A stretch of DNA of 64,000 nt from Planctomycetota bacterium (GTDB lineage Bacteria; Planctomycetota; UBA1135; UBA2386), in assembly GCA_965228735.1 (NCBI GenBank), contig OZ245838.1, forward strand, positions 2,080,001-2,144,000, read 5' to 3'. Positions 9,244-18,428 of this stretch are shown in pieces; position 1 is the first letter of the stretch; each line of letters starts with the position of its first letter. Position numbers and translations under genes: made by a program. The notes under the pieces were generated by a model. That model worked only from the letters and a program-made list of their open reading frames with translations. It was not told the DNA's origin and made no database searches.

Positions 9244-10554
9244 AACGGTGACGGCGACGCGGATCGTGCGATCCGCGACGAACGTGCGCACCACGACGTC
9301 ACCCGGGATCTCCTTGGCGCCCGGACCGAGCTTGGGGATCGCCTGCCCCATCGCCCCGATCATCCGCCGCAGATCCATGCGAAACGAGGCGATCGCGCCG
9401 TCCTCGAGCGGCTTGCGCCGACCCTGACCCGCCGCGACGCGCTCGACGAGGTCACACGCGATCGCCTTGCTGCCGCCGACCACGAGCAGATCCCCCGTGC
9501 CGCCGATGAACTGGTGCATCTCGTCGTTCGGCATCATCGGATTCGGCGGCCCCTCGTTGTAGAGGCTCATCCGGGTGAACTTGACGCCCGCGTGTTCCAT
9601 GGCGTCGCGCTCGACCTCGATCTCGACGTTGCGGCCGAGGTCCTGCGCGGCGATCATCCGCTGATAGTCCTCCGACGCGATGAGTTCGGCGGGCGACTGG
9701 CCGGCGCGGAAGCCGTAGAGCGCCGCCATTCGCATGTTCTGGTCGAAGCCCACGACCAGCCCGCCGTCGTACATCGCCATCATCGCGCGCGACATTTTCG
9801 CGGCCTCGGCGCGCGCCTCGGCGTCGGGGAACCCGAACGCCAGGCCGAACTCGAGGAACGGCCCGAGCAATGCGTCGAGCGATTCGGGCGCGACCGCGAT
9901 GCGGCACTCCATGACCCGCCCGGGGTCGGCCGACAACTGCGGCGCCCCGAGGGCGCTCGGCTTGATCTTCGTCAGCAAGCCGCCGAACGCCGACCCGGCC
10001 TTGGCCGTGATCGAGCACTCGAGTTCGAAACCGTTGTCCTCGTAGTCCTGCGGATCGGACAGCACCGCGACGCGCGCGCTCTCGAGCGTGTACGGGAACT
10101 CGAACACGGATTTGAAGAGCTTGACCGCGTCCGGCGCCTTCATGCCGTACTGGGTCATGGCGAGCACGCCGAAGCCCTGCACGAGGCCGCGCACCTCGCC
10201 GATCTCGTCGGCGAAGAGCTCCATCGTCGCGCCGGGGTCGACCTCGAGGACGAGGTGCCCGACCTGCCCGCTCGCGGCCCGCACCGTCACCCGCCGGTCC
10301 GAGTCGACCGCGGCGACCCAGTGTTGACCCGGCTCGAGCTCCGGCAACCCACCGACGAGATCGAACGCGTGGCCGAACCCGAGCACCGGTCCGCGTTCCG
10401 CGGTGCGCAGCACGAGAGCCGGCTGCGAGGCCCGCGTCGCGCCAGCCGCATCCGAGGCCGCTCCGCTGCCCTGCGATTGCGCTGCAACCGAATCCGGGAT
10501 GGTCAGCGCGAGCGCGGCCGCGCAGGCGTTCAGGATCGTGAGGGGTCGGCCCAT
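9238..10554 (-). CDS. Secreted hypothetical protein
   Basis: Long ORF with typical GC3 bias and a signal peptide ending VAA-Q; no recognisable family. Confidence 0.75.
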   Translation of the reverse strand: MGRPLTILNACAAALALTIPDSVAAQSQGSGAASDAAGATRASQPALVLRTAERGPVLGFGHAFDLVGGLPELEPGQHWVAAVDSDRRVTVRAASGQVGHLVLEVDPGATMELFADEIGEVRGLVQGFGVLAMTQYGMKAPDAVKLFKSVFEFPYTLESARVAVLSDPQDYEDNGFELECSITAKAGSAFGGLLTKIKPSALGAPQLSADPGRVMECRIAVAPESLDALLGPFLEFGLAFGFPDAEARAEAAKMSRAMMAMYDGGLVVGFDQNMRMAALYGFRAGQSPAELIASEDYQRMIAAQDLGRNVEIEVERDAMEHAGVKFTRMSLYNEGPPNPMMPNDEMHQFIGGTGDLLVVGGSKAIACDLVERVAAGQGRRKPLEDGAIASFRMDLRRMIGAMGQAIPKLGPGAKEIPGDVVVRTFVADRTIRVAVTVR

Positions 10555-10737
10555 CGGCAAGGAGGTTGGGGTCGTGGGGCTACGGCAACCCGGCGGGCAT
10601 GGCCCACGTGGGTGTCCATCCGGGAAGTGGCCAGTTCCGCCGCGGAACCGTCACGAACTTTCGTCCGGGCGAGAGCTTACCGCCGGGCCGCCGCAATCTC
10701 CGGTGGTGTCGGCAGAAGCGCCGGCTACGGTGCCCGC

Positions 10738-12423
10738 GTGCCGGCCCATGACCTCAACGAGCACCTGCAGCGCCTCTACGGCTACGGCACGTTCCGCGGC
10801 CGGCAGCGCGAGGTCATCGAGCACCACCTGGCCGGCGGCTCGGGACTCGTTCTGATGGCCACCGGCGAGGGCAAGTCGCTGTGCTATCAGCTGCCCGCAT
10901 TCGTCGGCGACGGCCTCACCGTCGTGGTGTCACCGCTGATCGCCCTCATGGACGACCAGGTCGCCGCGCTGGCTCGGCGCGGCCTGCCGGCGACGTGCAT
11001 CCACAGCATGATCGAGCGGCACGAGCGCGAGTCCCGCCTGGCCGCGGTCGAGAGCGGCGAGGTGCGGCTGCTCTACGTGACCCCCGAGCGGTTCCGGGTC
11101 GCTGGGTTCCTGGAACGGCTCACGGCGGTCGGGGTGACGCGGTTCGCGGTCGACGAGGCCCACTGCGTGAGTCAGTGGGGCCACGACTTCCGCCCCGAGT
11201 ACCGGCGGCTCGGCGAAGTGCGCGAGCAGCTCGGCGACCCGCCGTGCCTCGCGCTCACCGCGACCGCGACGCCGCCCGTGCAGGCCGACATTCGCAGCGC
11301 GCTCCGCCTGGGCGAGGCGCCGCGCTTCTGCACCGGCATCGCGCGCGACAATCTCTTCCTGTCCGTCGCCCAATGTCACACCGATGACGACAAGCGTGAC
11401 CGGCTGAAGGCGGTGCTCGACCGCACCGGCGGACCGGCGATCGTCTACTGCGCGCTGATCAAGGACCTGCTGCAGCTCGAGAACGAGCTGCTGCGCGACG
11501 GCGTGCGGCCGCTCGTCTACCACGGCAACATGTCGGCGCACGAACGCCGCACCCAGCAGCGCGCGTTCCAGGCCAGCGACGACGCGCTCGTGCTCGCGAC
11601 GAACGCGTTCGGCATGGGCGTCGACAAGGCCGACATCCGCGCCATCGTCCACTGGCAGATTCCGCGCACGCTCGAGGCCTACTATCAGGAGGTCGGACGC
11701 GCGGGCCGCGACGGCGACGGCGCGTTCTGCGAGCTACTCTACCGCGAAGAGGACCTCGTCATCCAACGCAACTTCACCGAGTGGGCCAACCCGACGGCCG
11801 AGCTCGCCGAACAGATCGCGCTGCACCTGCAGGGCCTCGGCGATCGGCTGCACGCCCTCGACCTCGACACGTTGCGCGACACGTTCCTGACCAAGCAGCG
11901 CCACGACGGCCGCGTCGAGACCGTGGTTCGACTGCTGCGGAGCGGCGGCTGCCTCGAGGGTGACATCCAGCAGGGCGGCCTGCGCTTCGTGCGGCTGCCG
12001 ACCGCGGCCGAGCTCGACGAGTGGTTGCCCGAGGACAAGCGCCAACGCGACCTCATGGGGCTGCTGCACATGGTGCGTTACGCAACGGACGCGGAGTGCC
12101 GGAAGCGGACGATCCACGCGCACTTCGGCTTCGACGACCTCGATGGGCCGTGCGGCACGTGCGATCTCTGCGCCGAGACGGTCGGGTGGCAGGACGCCCA
12201 TCTGCCGGCGAGCAAGCCCGTGCGGAACGCCGCTTCGAGCTCCGCGGACGCGCCGGTCGCCCGCGGGGACTGGATCGAGTCACAGCGGTTCGGCCTGTGC
12301 CATATCACGCGCGTGCACCGCCGCGGCCGGCGCTGGCGCGTCGACGTCGAACTCGCACGCGATCTCTCGGAGCGTTCGTTCGACCTGCGCGACGGCCAAT
12401 GGCGCCGCGTCGAGCGGGAATGA
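10738..12423 (+). CDS. recQ: RecQ-family ATP-dependent DNA helicase
   Basis: Motifs ATGEGKSLCYQLPA, DEAHCVSQWGHDFRPEY, ALTATA, ATNAFGMGVDK, YYQEVGRAGRDG and the Zn-binding CR...CGTCDLC; GTG start 6 nt after TACGGT. Confidence 0.92.
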   Translation: MPAHDLNEHLQRLYGYGTFRGRQREVIEHHLAGGSGLVLMATGEGKSLCYQLPAFVGDGLTVVVSPLIALMDDQVAALARRGLPATCIHSMIERHERESRLAAVESGEVRLLYVTPERFRVAGFLERLTAVGVTRFAVDEAHCVSQWGHDFRPEYRRLGEVREQLGDPPCLALTATATPPVQADIRSALRLGEAPRFCTGIARDNLFLSVAQCHTDDDKRDRLKAVLDRTGGPAIVYCALIKDLLQLENELLRDGVRPLVYHGNMSAHERRTQQRAFQASDDALVLATNAFGMGVDKADIRAIVHWQIPRTLEAYYQEVGRAGRDGDGAFCELLYREEDLVIQRNFTEWANPTAELAEQIALHLQGLGDRLHALDLDTLRDTFLTKQRHDGRVETVVRLLRSGGCLEGDIQQGGLRFVRLPTAAELDEWLPEDKRQRDLMGLLHMVRYATDAECRKRTIHAHFGFDDLDGPCGTCDLCAETVGWQDAHLPASKPVRNAASSSADAPVARGDWIESQRFGLCHITRVHRRGRRWRVDVELARDLSERSFDLRDGQWRRVERE

Positions 12424-12519
12424 CGTTGGGGCAGCTGCCCCGTCGATCCGATACCCGAATAGGCTCCCCTTCACCGCGTCCTTGGAGCCGCGCACAACGG
12501 GCCGAACCACAGATCACCA

Positions 12520-14040
12520 ATGGGACTCTACACCCGCATCACCCGTGACTGGCTCGAGCACCGGTTCCGGCAACACTCGACGGCGGGAGTGTTCCAGGCG
12601 CACATGCCGATCTACGGGGTCGGTGCGGGCGACTGCGAGGGCAACCACGCGGGCCGCCTCGCGCGCATCCTGCGGATCCTGCGGCGGCTCGACGAGCTCG
12701 AGTACGCGACGCTGCTCGATGTCGGCGGCGCCGAGGGCTACCTGCCGCATCTCGCGGCCACGATCCACGGCGCCGACGGCACGAGCGTCGACCTGTCGCA
12801 CGAGGCCTGCCGGCGCGCGAACGAGCTCTTCGGGCTACCGAGCGTGGCGGTGGACAGCCACCTGCTGCCGTTCGACGCCGGCGCGTTCGACGTGGTGGTC
12901 TGCAGCGAGGTCATCGAGCACCTCGAACACCCCATCGAGACGATCCGGGAACTGCGTCGGGTCGCGCGCGTCGCCGTGATCCTCACGACGGAGGAAGTGC
13001 ACTTCGACCGGGCGCACATCGACGGCTATCTGTTTCGTCGGCCGGGCTGGCCGCACATGGACCGCAACCTGTTCCACCCGGACGACCTCGCGCTGTGCTT
13101 TCCCGGCGGCGTGCTGGAACCGCAGTGCGACGAGAGCCCGCCGACGAAGACCGAGGACACGACCGCCGATCCGGTCGCGGTGCGGACGTGGCTCGAGTCC
13201 CACACCTCGGAGCCGGAGCTGAGCCCGCGCCACCGTGGCGTCGTGGTGACGGAGTGCTTCGAACCGGCGGCGAAGCGGCCGCGACGGCACACCGACCACG
13301 AGCTGCTCGACCGGCTGTTCGCGACCACGGTCGCGAAGGGACCGCGGCAGGCGCGACCCGAGGCGCTCGAACGGCTCGTGTCCCGGCTGCGCGACCCCGT
13401 GACCAAGACCCCGCTCCGTCTCGCCGACGACGAGCTCGTCTCGACGGACGGGCAGAGCTACCCGGTGCAGCACGGCGTACCCGATCTCGTTCGGTTGCAA
13501 AACCCGCCGCCGTCGCGCGTCGAGCTCGCCGAGCAGCTCCGGCGCGAGTACGCCGACCGCGCCGACGCGATCCTCGCGCTGCGCGACCGACTCTTCCTCC
13601 CCGAGCGCTGGACCAACGAGTTCTTCGACCTGCGGCGCGAGGAAGACCGCCGCGGCTTCTGGCCGAACGACCATCTGCGGGCACGCCCGAACCAGGCACC
13701 CGACGCGGGGTTCTCGTGGCACGCGGTCGGTCCCGACCCGTGGGTCGTGACTCCGTGCCTGCAGCGGCCGATTCGCGAGATCGAGATCGAGATGCGGGTT
13801 CATGCCCCGGACGTCGACGTTCTGCAGGGCACGGGTCAGGTGTTCTGGAAGGGGCCGGGCGACGCGACGTTCGTCGAGGCCAACAGTGTCAAGTTCGATG
13901 TTCCGAACGACGGGAACGTGCACACCCATCGCGTGTCGCTCGCGGCGCACCCGGACCTGCCGGACGAGATCCAGTGGCTGCGCCTCGACCTGATCGACGG
14001 TCAGTGCGAGGTCGACTTCCTGTCCCTACGGCTCATCTGA
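12520..14040 (+). CDS. Class I SAM-dependent methyltransferase fused to Trm112-like and C-terminal beta-sandwich domains
   Basis: LLDVGGAEG and FDVVVCSEVIEHL (methyltransferase); LRDPVTKTPL...YPVQHGVPDLV (Trm112-like); C-terminal DPWV...QVFW...LRLD domain. Confidence 0.75.
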   Translation: MGLYTRITRDWLEHRFRQHSTAGVFQAHMPIYGVGAGDCEGNHAGRLARILRILRRLDELEYATLLDVGGAEGYLPHLAATIHGADGTSVDLSHEACRRANELFGLPSVAVDSHLLPFDAGAFDVVVCSEVIEHLEHPIETIRELRRVARVAVILTTEEVHFDRAHIDGYLFRRPGWPHMDRNLFHPDDLALCFPGGVLEPQCDESPPTKTEDTTADPVAVRTWLESHTSEPELSPRHRGVVVTECFEPAAKRPRRHTDHELLDRLFATTVAKGPRQARPEALERLVSRLRDPVTKTPLRLADDELVSTDGQSYPVQHGVPDLVRLQNPPPSRVELAEQLRREYADRADAILALRDRLFLPERWTNEFFDLRREEDRRGFWPNDHLRARPNQAPDAGFSWHAVGPDPWVVTPCLQRPIREIEIEMRVHAPDVDVLQGTGQVFWKGPGDATFVEANSVKFDVPNDGNVHTHRVSLAAHPDLPDEIQWLRLDLIDGQCEVDFLSLRLI

Positions 14041-14433
14041 GGGCGGCCGATCTGAGGACGGCTGATCTGGGGATCGGCGCGGTCCGATGCCGGGGCAACG
14101 CCGGCGCATCGCGGCGAGCAGTTCCGGATCCGTCAACGCCTCGGGCCAGAACGGCCAGTCCCGACACTTCTGCGGGCGAACGGGGTAGATCCCGCAGCCC
14201 GCCTGCCCGGGCGGGCCATCGTCGAGAAACACGCAGCGCGAACCGAAGCCATCGCGCAGGCGATCGCCGCGAACGTCCAGGTACCGCCCGCGGACGGCGG
14301 TCTCCGACATGCCGAGGTGACCCGCGATCGCCGCGATGTCGGCCGCCCCCACCCGCACGACCCCGCCGGGAATCGCGCAACAGTTGCCGGACCGCTGGCA
14401 GGCGAACTCGAAGGGATACTGCGATCGCGTCAT
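14026..14433 (-). CDS. YkgJ / UPF0153 family cysteine-cluster protein
   Basis: Motifs FACQRSGNCC, RCVFLD, CGIYPVRPQKCRDWPFWPE and CPGIG; ATGA overlap with the kinase gene. Confidence 0.88.
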   Translation of the reverse strand: MTRSQYPFEFACQRSGNCCAIPGGVVRVGAADIAAIAGHLGMSETAVRGRYLDVRGDRLRDGFGSRCVFLDDGPPGQAGCGIYPVRPQKCRDWPFWPEALTDPELLAAMRRRCPGIGPRRSPDQPSSDRPPSDEP

Positions 14434-15542
14434 CGCCGCCGCCGCCGACGCCCGCCCAGCCCCGTGCCCCGGGTGCGCTGACCCGTTCCCCTGGCGCGCT
14501 GCCGACTGCGATCGCCGAGCCGCGGCCGGCCGCTCGCCGAGCGCTCCTCGAGCTCGCGCTGCCGCTGACGTTGGTCGAGGAAGGCCTGGATCTCGCGCTG
14601 CAGCTGCTGCGGATCCTGGAACCGCATCTCCGGCTCCTTCGCCATCATCTTCTCGAGGAAGTAGTGCAGCTGCGGCGACAGCTGCAGCGCACGGATGCGT
14701 TCCCCGGACAGCGACTCGAGCACCTGCTTGGCCAGCACCTCCTCGCTGGTCTTGCCGTCGAACGGCAGCGAACCGGTCGTGAGGTGATAGAGCGTCGCAC
14801 CGAGCGCGTAGATGTCAGCGCGCACGTCGAGGCCGCCGCCTCGCGCCTGCTCGGGCGCGATGTAGTGCACGGTGCCGGCAGTCGTCGCTTCCTCGCCACC
14901 GCTGCTGCCCTGCTGCACCGCGAACCCCAGATCGATCAGCACGGCGCCGCGCTCCTCGCTCCACAGGATGTTGCCGGGCTTGACGTCACGGTGCACGAGG
15001 CCGCGCGCATGCAACGAGTCCAACGCGCCCGCGACCTCGACGACGATGCGCAGCGCATCCTCCTCGTCGAGGCGTTCGCGATCGTTGAGCACGTCCTGCA
15101 GGCACTCGCCGTCGACGAGCTCCATCGCGAAGAAGATCGTCTGGCCCTCGCGCGCAACGCGGTAGCCACGCACGAGGTGGTCGTGCTCGAGCTCCATGAG
15201 CAGCCGCGCCTCCTGCACGAACCGCTCCGCCTCGCGCTTGTCCGAGGCCCGCTCCGGGCGCAGCACCTTGAGCGCGACCTGCTGCTGATCCGTCTTGTCG
15301 ACCGCTGCAAACACCCGGCCAACGCCGCCCTCGCCGATGAGTTCGCCGAGATCGTAGCGCGACAGCTCGGGACGGGTGTCGCCCTCCGTGCGCTGCCACC
15401 GCTCCCACTCCTCGGCAGTGCAGATATTTTGGGCAATCAGGTGCTTGCCCACGTCACCCGAAGCCAATGCGTCACGCGCGACATCTGGCGGCACACGTCC
15501 ACCGTGCACCAACATCGCGAGGAGCTTGGTCTCGGGGGTCAT
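14430..15542 (-). CDS. Cytoplasmic Hanks-type Ser/Thr protein kinase
   Basis: Motifs IGEGGVGRVF, VALKVL, HRDVKPGNI, IDLGFA, GTVHYIAPEQ and DIYALGATLY; no TM segment; Arg-rich tail. Confidence 0.93.
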   Translation of the reverse strand: MTPETKLLAMLVHGGRVPPDVARDALASGDVGKHLIAQNICTAEEWERWQRTEGDTRPELSRYDLGELIGEGGVGRVFAAVDKTDQQQVALKVLRPERASDKREAERFVQEARLLMELEHDHLVRGYRVAREGQTIFFAMELVDGECLQDVLNDRERLDEEDALRIVVEVAGALDSLHARGLVHRDVKPGNILWSEERGAVLIDLGFAVQQGSSGGEEATTAGTVHYIAPEQARGGGLDVRADIYALGATLYHLTTGSLPFDGKTSEEVLAKQVLESLSGERIRALQLSPQLHYFLEKMMAKEPEMRFQDPQQLQREIQAFLDQRQRQRELEERSASGRPRLGDRSRQRARGTGQRTRGTGLGGRRRRRR

Positions 15543-15645
15543 GACTTGAGCGAAAAAGCGACGTCAGAAAGGCTGCCCGCGGCTCCAGTCGTCAGCCGCA
15601 TCGACCCGAAGAGAGTAGCGCCTACGCGACCACCGAGGGAACTGA

Positions 15646-17001
15646 ATGAAACAACCAGGAGCGGCATTCGTGATCAAGTACTTCGACTTGATCGACGAGT
15701 TCATCAAGGTCCGGTGTTGCTCGGACGACCTCCTGACGGGGCTCCAGACAACGACCCTCACCAACAAGTCCGCCTACCGCAGCCGTATCGTCGAGACCTG
15801 CGTCCCGACGTTCGAGAACGAGATCCTCGCGGTCGTTCAGCGCATGGACGAGGGCTACGACCTCGAGATCGTCGAGGAGCTGCTCTACCAGATCTGCATC
15901 GACGTCAACCCGTCGCTCGAGATCCACCAAGTCAGCATCCCGTCCGAGAACGGCGAGGCCGGCAGCGACGAGAACGAGGACCCGTTCCTGCCGCGCCCCG
16001 GGAACGACGCCGCGCGCCACGCGCTGTTCCGCCGCGTCAACTCCCTCGACCGCTCGCTGCGCCAACAGATCATCGGCCAGGACGAAGCGATCAGCACGCT
16101 CGTCCGCGCCGTCAAGAAGGCCGCCGTCGGCCTCAAGCGTCCGAGCAACCCGGTCGGCACGTTCCTGCTCGTGGGCCGAACGGGCACGGGCAAGACCGAG
16201 CTCGCGAAAGCCGTCGCGCGCAACCTGTTCGACGACCCGTCGGCGATGATCCGCGTCGACTGCAGCGAGTATGCGCTGCCGCACGAATACGCCAAGCTCA
16301 TCGGTTCGCCGCCAGGCTACATCGGCCACAACGAAGGCGGCTTCCTGACCGAGGCGATCAAGAAGAAGCCCAACAGCGTCGTCCTGTTCGACGAGGTCGA
16401 GAAGGCGCACTACAAGGTCCACAACCTGCTGCTGCAGCTGCTCGACGAGGGCATCATCACGGACAGCAAGGGCCACACGGTGTCGTTCCACCAGGCGCTG
16501 ATCCTGATGACGAGCAACCTCGGCATCGAGAAGATCGACGCCGTTCGCACGCGCATGGGCTTCAGCTCCGCGCACGTGCGCCAGAGCCTGCAGGACCTCG
16601 ACGTCCGCACGCTGACGCTCGAGGCGCTGCGCGAGTCGTTCCGCCCCGAGTTCGTCAACCGCATCGACGAGGTCGTGGTGTTCAACGCCCTCGACGAGAA
16701 GGTCTGCCAGCGCATCGCGCACAACATGCTCAAGGAAGTGGCGGAACTGCTCATGCGCCGCGGCATCGAGCTGACCTGGTCGCAGGGCGTCAAGGCCCGC
16801 CTGGCCCGCGAGGGTTACTCCGAGGAGTTCGGCGCCCGCGAGCTGCGCCGCCTGATCAAGCGCGAGATCGAGGACCCGCTGACCGAGATGATCCTCGACA
16901 ACGAGCTCGGCGCCGGCTCGAGCGTCAGCATCCGCGTGCAGCGCGGCGCCTACGCGCTGTCGTGCGAAGCAGCCAGGGACGACGCCCTCGCGACGGTCTG
17001 A
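15646..17001 (+). CDS. Single-ring ClpA/B-D2-like AAA+ ATPase with an uncharacterised N-terminal domain
   Basis: IIGQDEAI, Walker A GRTGTGKTELAK, pore loop LIGSPPGYIG, Walker B VVLFDEVEKAH, ILMTSNLG, FRPEFVNRID and FGARELRR; no D1 ring and no Clp-N repeats. Confidence 0.88.
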   Translation: MKQPGAAFVIKYFDLIDEFIKVRCCSDDLLTGLQTTTLTNKSAYRSRIVETCVPTFENEILAVVQRMDEGYDLEIVEELLYQICIDVNPSLEIHQVSIPSENGEAGSDENEDPFLPRPGNDAARHALFRRVNSLDRSLRQQIIGQDEAISTLVRAVKKAAVGLKRPSNPVGTFLLVGRTGTGKTELAKAVARNLFDDPSAMIRVDCSEYALPHEYAKLIGSPPGYIGHNEGGFLTEAIKKKPNSVVLFDEVEKAHYKVHNLLLQLLDEGIITDSKGHTVSFHQALILMTSNLGIEKIDAVRTRMGFSSAHVRQSLQDLDVRTLTLEALRESFRPEFVNRIDEVVVFNALDEKVCQRIAHNMLKEVAELLMRRGIELTWSQGVKARLAREGYSEEFGARELRRLIKREIEDPLTEMILDNELGAGSSVSIRVQRGAYALSCEAARDDALATV

Positions 17002-17098
17002 CGACCGTCCCCCGACGCGTGCCGTTCAGTACACGGCACCAGCGTAGAACTTCGCCGGCCCTTGGCCTAACGTGCGCGGCGCTCCGCGCCCGTCGCTC

Positions 17099-18358
17099 AT
17101 GCTGTTGTTCTTCCTGGCCGTCGGCTTCTCGCTGCTGTCCTCGTTCCTCTGCTCGCTCGCGGAGGCAACCCTCCTCAGCGTGAGCTCGGCGCGCATCGCG
17201 ACGCTCGCGCGCTCCGGCAGCCGCGCCGGCCTCCTGCTCGAGCACTGGAAGACCGAGCCCGACCGGCCGATCTCCGCGATCCTGGTGCTCAACACGGTCG
17301 CCAACTCGGGCGGCGCGGCGATCGCGAGCGTGCAGTTCGGAATCGCGTTCCCGGGAGTCAACGACCTGTGGTTCGTCATCGCGTTCGTCGTCTCGGTGCT
17401 GACGTTCACGGAGATCGTGCCGAAGACGATCGGCGTCGTGCACGCCAACCGGCTCGCAGGCCCGATCGCCCATTTCGTCGCCGTCACGATCATCCTGATG
17501 CTGCCCGCGCTGCTGCTCACCCGGATGCTGTCGCGCGCGATCAGCAAGCACGCGAACGCCGCCTCGATCTCGCTCGAAGAGATCCGGGTGCTCACCGCGG
17601 TCGGCGAGAAGGAAGGCGCGTTCGGTTCGATCACGGCATCGCTGATCGACGGCGCCACCCGCCTGCGCGACACCAAGGCGCGCGACGTCATGGTGCCGCG
17701 CAACCGCGTGACCTACGTCTCCGGCACCGACGATACGGCCACCAACCTCGATCGCATCCGGCGATCGGGCCACAGTCGATTCCCGTTCACGCCAACGGGC
17801 GAGCTCGACGACTGCAGCGGTGTGATCCTGACGAAGGAACTGCTGTTCACGCTGCGCGAGGACACGGAGCCGGACTGGGAGAACCTGCGCATTCCCGTGC
17901 TCGTCGTGCCCGAGAGCGCGCTGCTCAATCACCTGTTGCGGCGCTTCCAGGTCGAGAAGCGCCACATGGCGATCGTGGTCGACGAGTACGGCTCGACGGT
18001 CGGCCTGCTGACGCTCGAGGACGTGCTCGAGGAGATCGTCGGCGAGATCGAGGACGAGCTCGACACGGTCGAGATGCAGTATCTGCAGCGTTCGGACGGC
18101 TCGCTGCTGTGCCGGGGCAGCGCCGAAGCACGCAAGGTCTTCCAGAAGCTCGAGATCGCGGAGGACATCGAGACGTCGAGTCAGACGCTCGCGGGCTTCG
18201 TCACCGAGCTGCACGGCGGCCTGCCCGTCGCCGGCACGCACGTCGACGCGGCGGGCTACCGCTTCCTCGTGACGAAGGCGAACAACCGCCGGGTCGAGCG
18301 GGTACGCGTCACCGCGGTCCCGGCCGAGACCGAGACGAACGGCGGCCAATCCGGGTAG
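17099..18358 (+). CDS. CNNM/DUF21-CBS-CorC hemolysin-family (Mg2+/Co2+ efflux-type) membrane protein
   Basis: Motifs FLCSLAEATLLS, EIVPKT, DVMVPR, GHSRFP and VVDEYGSTVGLLTLEDVLEEIVGEIEDE. Confidence 0.92.
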   Translation: MLLFFLAVGFSLLSSFLCSLAEATLLSVSSARIATLARSGSRAGLLLEHWKTEPDRPISAILVLNTVANSGGAAIASVQFGIAFPGVNDLWFVIAFVVSVLTFTEIVPKTIGVVHANRLAGPIAHFVAVTIILMLPALLLTRMLSRAISKHANAASISLEEIRVLTAVGEKEGAFGSITASLIDGATRLRDTKARDVMVPRNRVTYVSGTDDTATNLDRIRRSGHSRFPFTPTGELDDCSGVILTKELLFTLREDTEPDWENLRIPVLVVPESALLNHLLRRFQVEKRHMAIVVDEYGSTVGLLTLEDVLEEIVGEIEDELDTVEMQYLQRSDGSLLCRGSAEARKVFQKLEIAEDIETSSQTLAGFVTELHGGLPVAGTHVDAAGYRFLVTKANNRRVERVRVTAVPAETETNGGQSG

Positions 18359-18428
18359 CGGGACAACCCGTAGCCCCCCACCCGGGCCCAGCTGCGAAGC
18401 CCGACGAGCTCGCCCGCGCCGGATCCCC

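Noticed and set aside
13095..17183. Very long alternative ORFs (e.g. 1362 aa here, 43013-46423, 156-2453, and the N-terminal part of 34581-39098)
   Set aside because: Arg/Ala-rich off-frame or antisense shadows typical of high-GC DNA; they overlap genes with clear family motifs.
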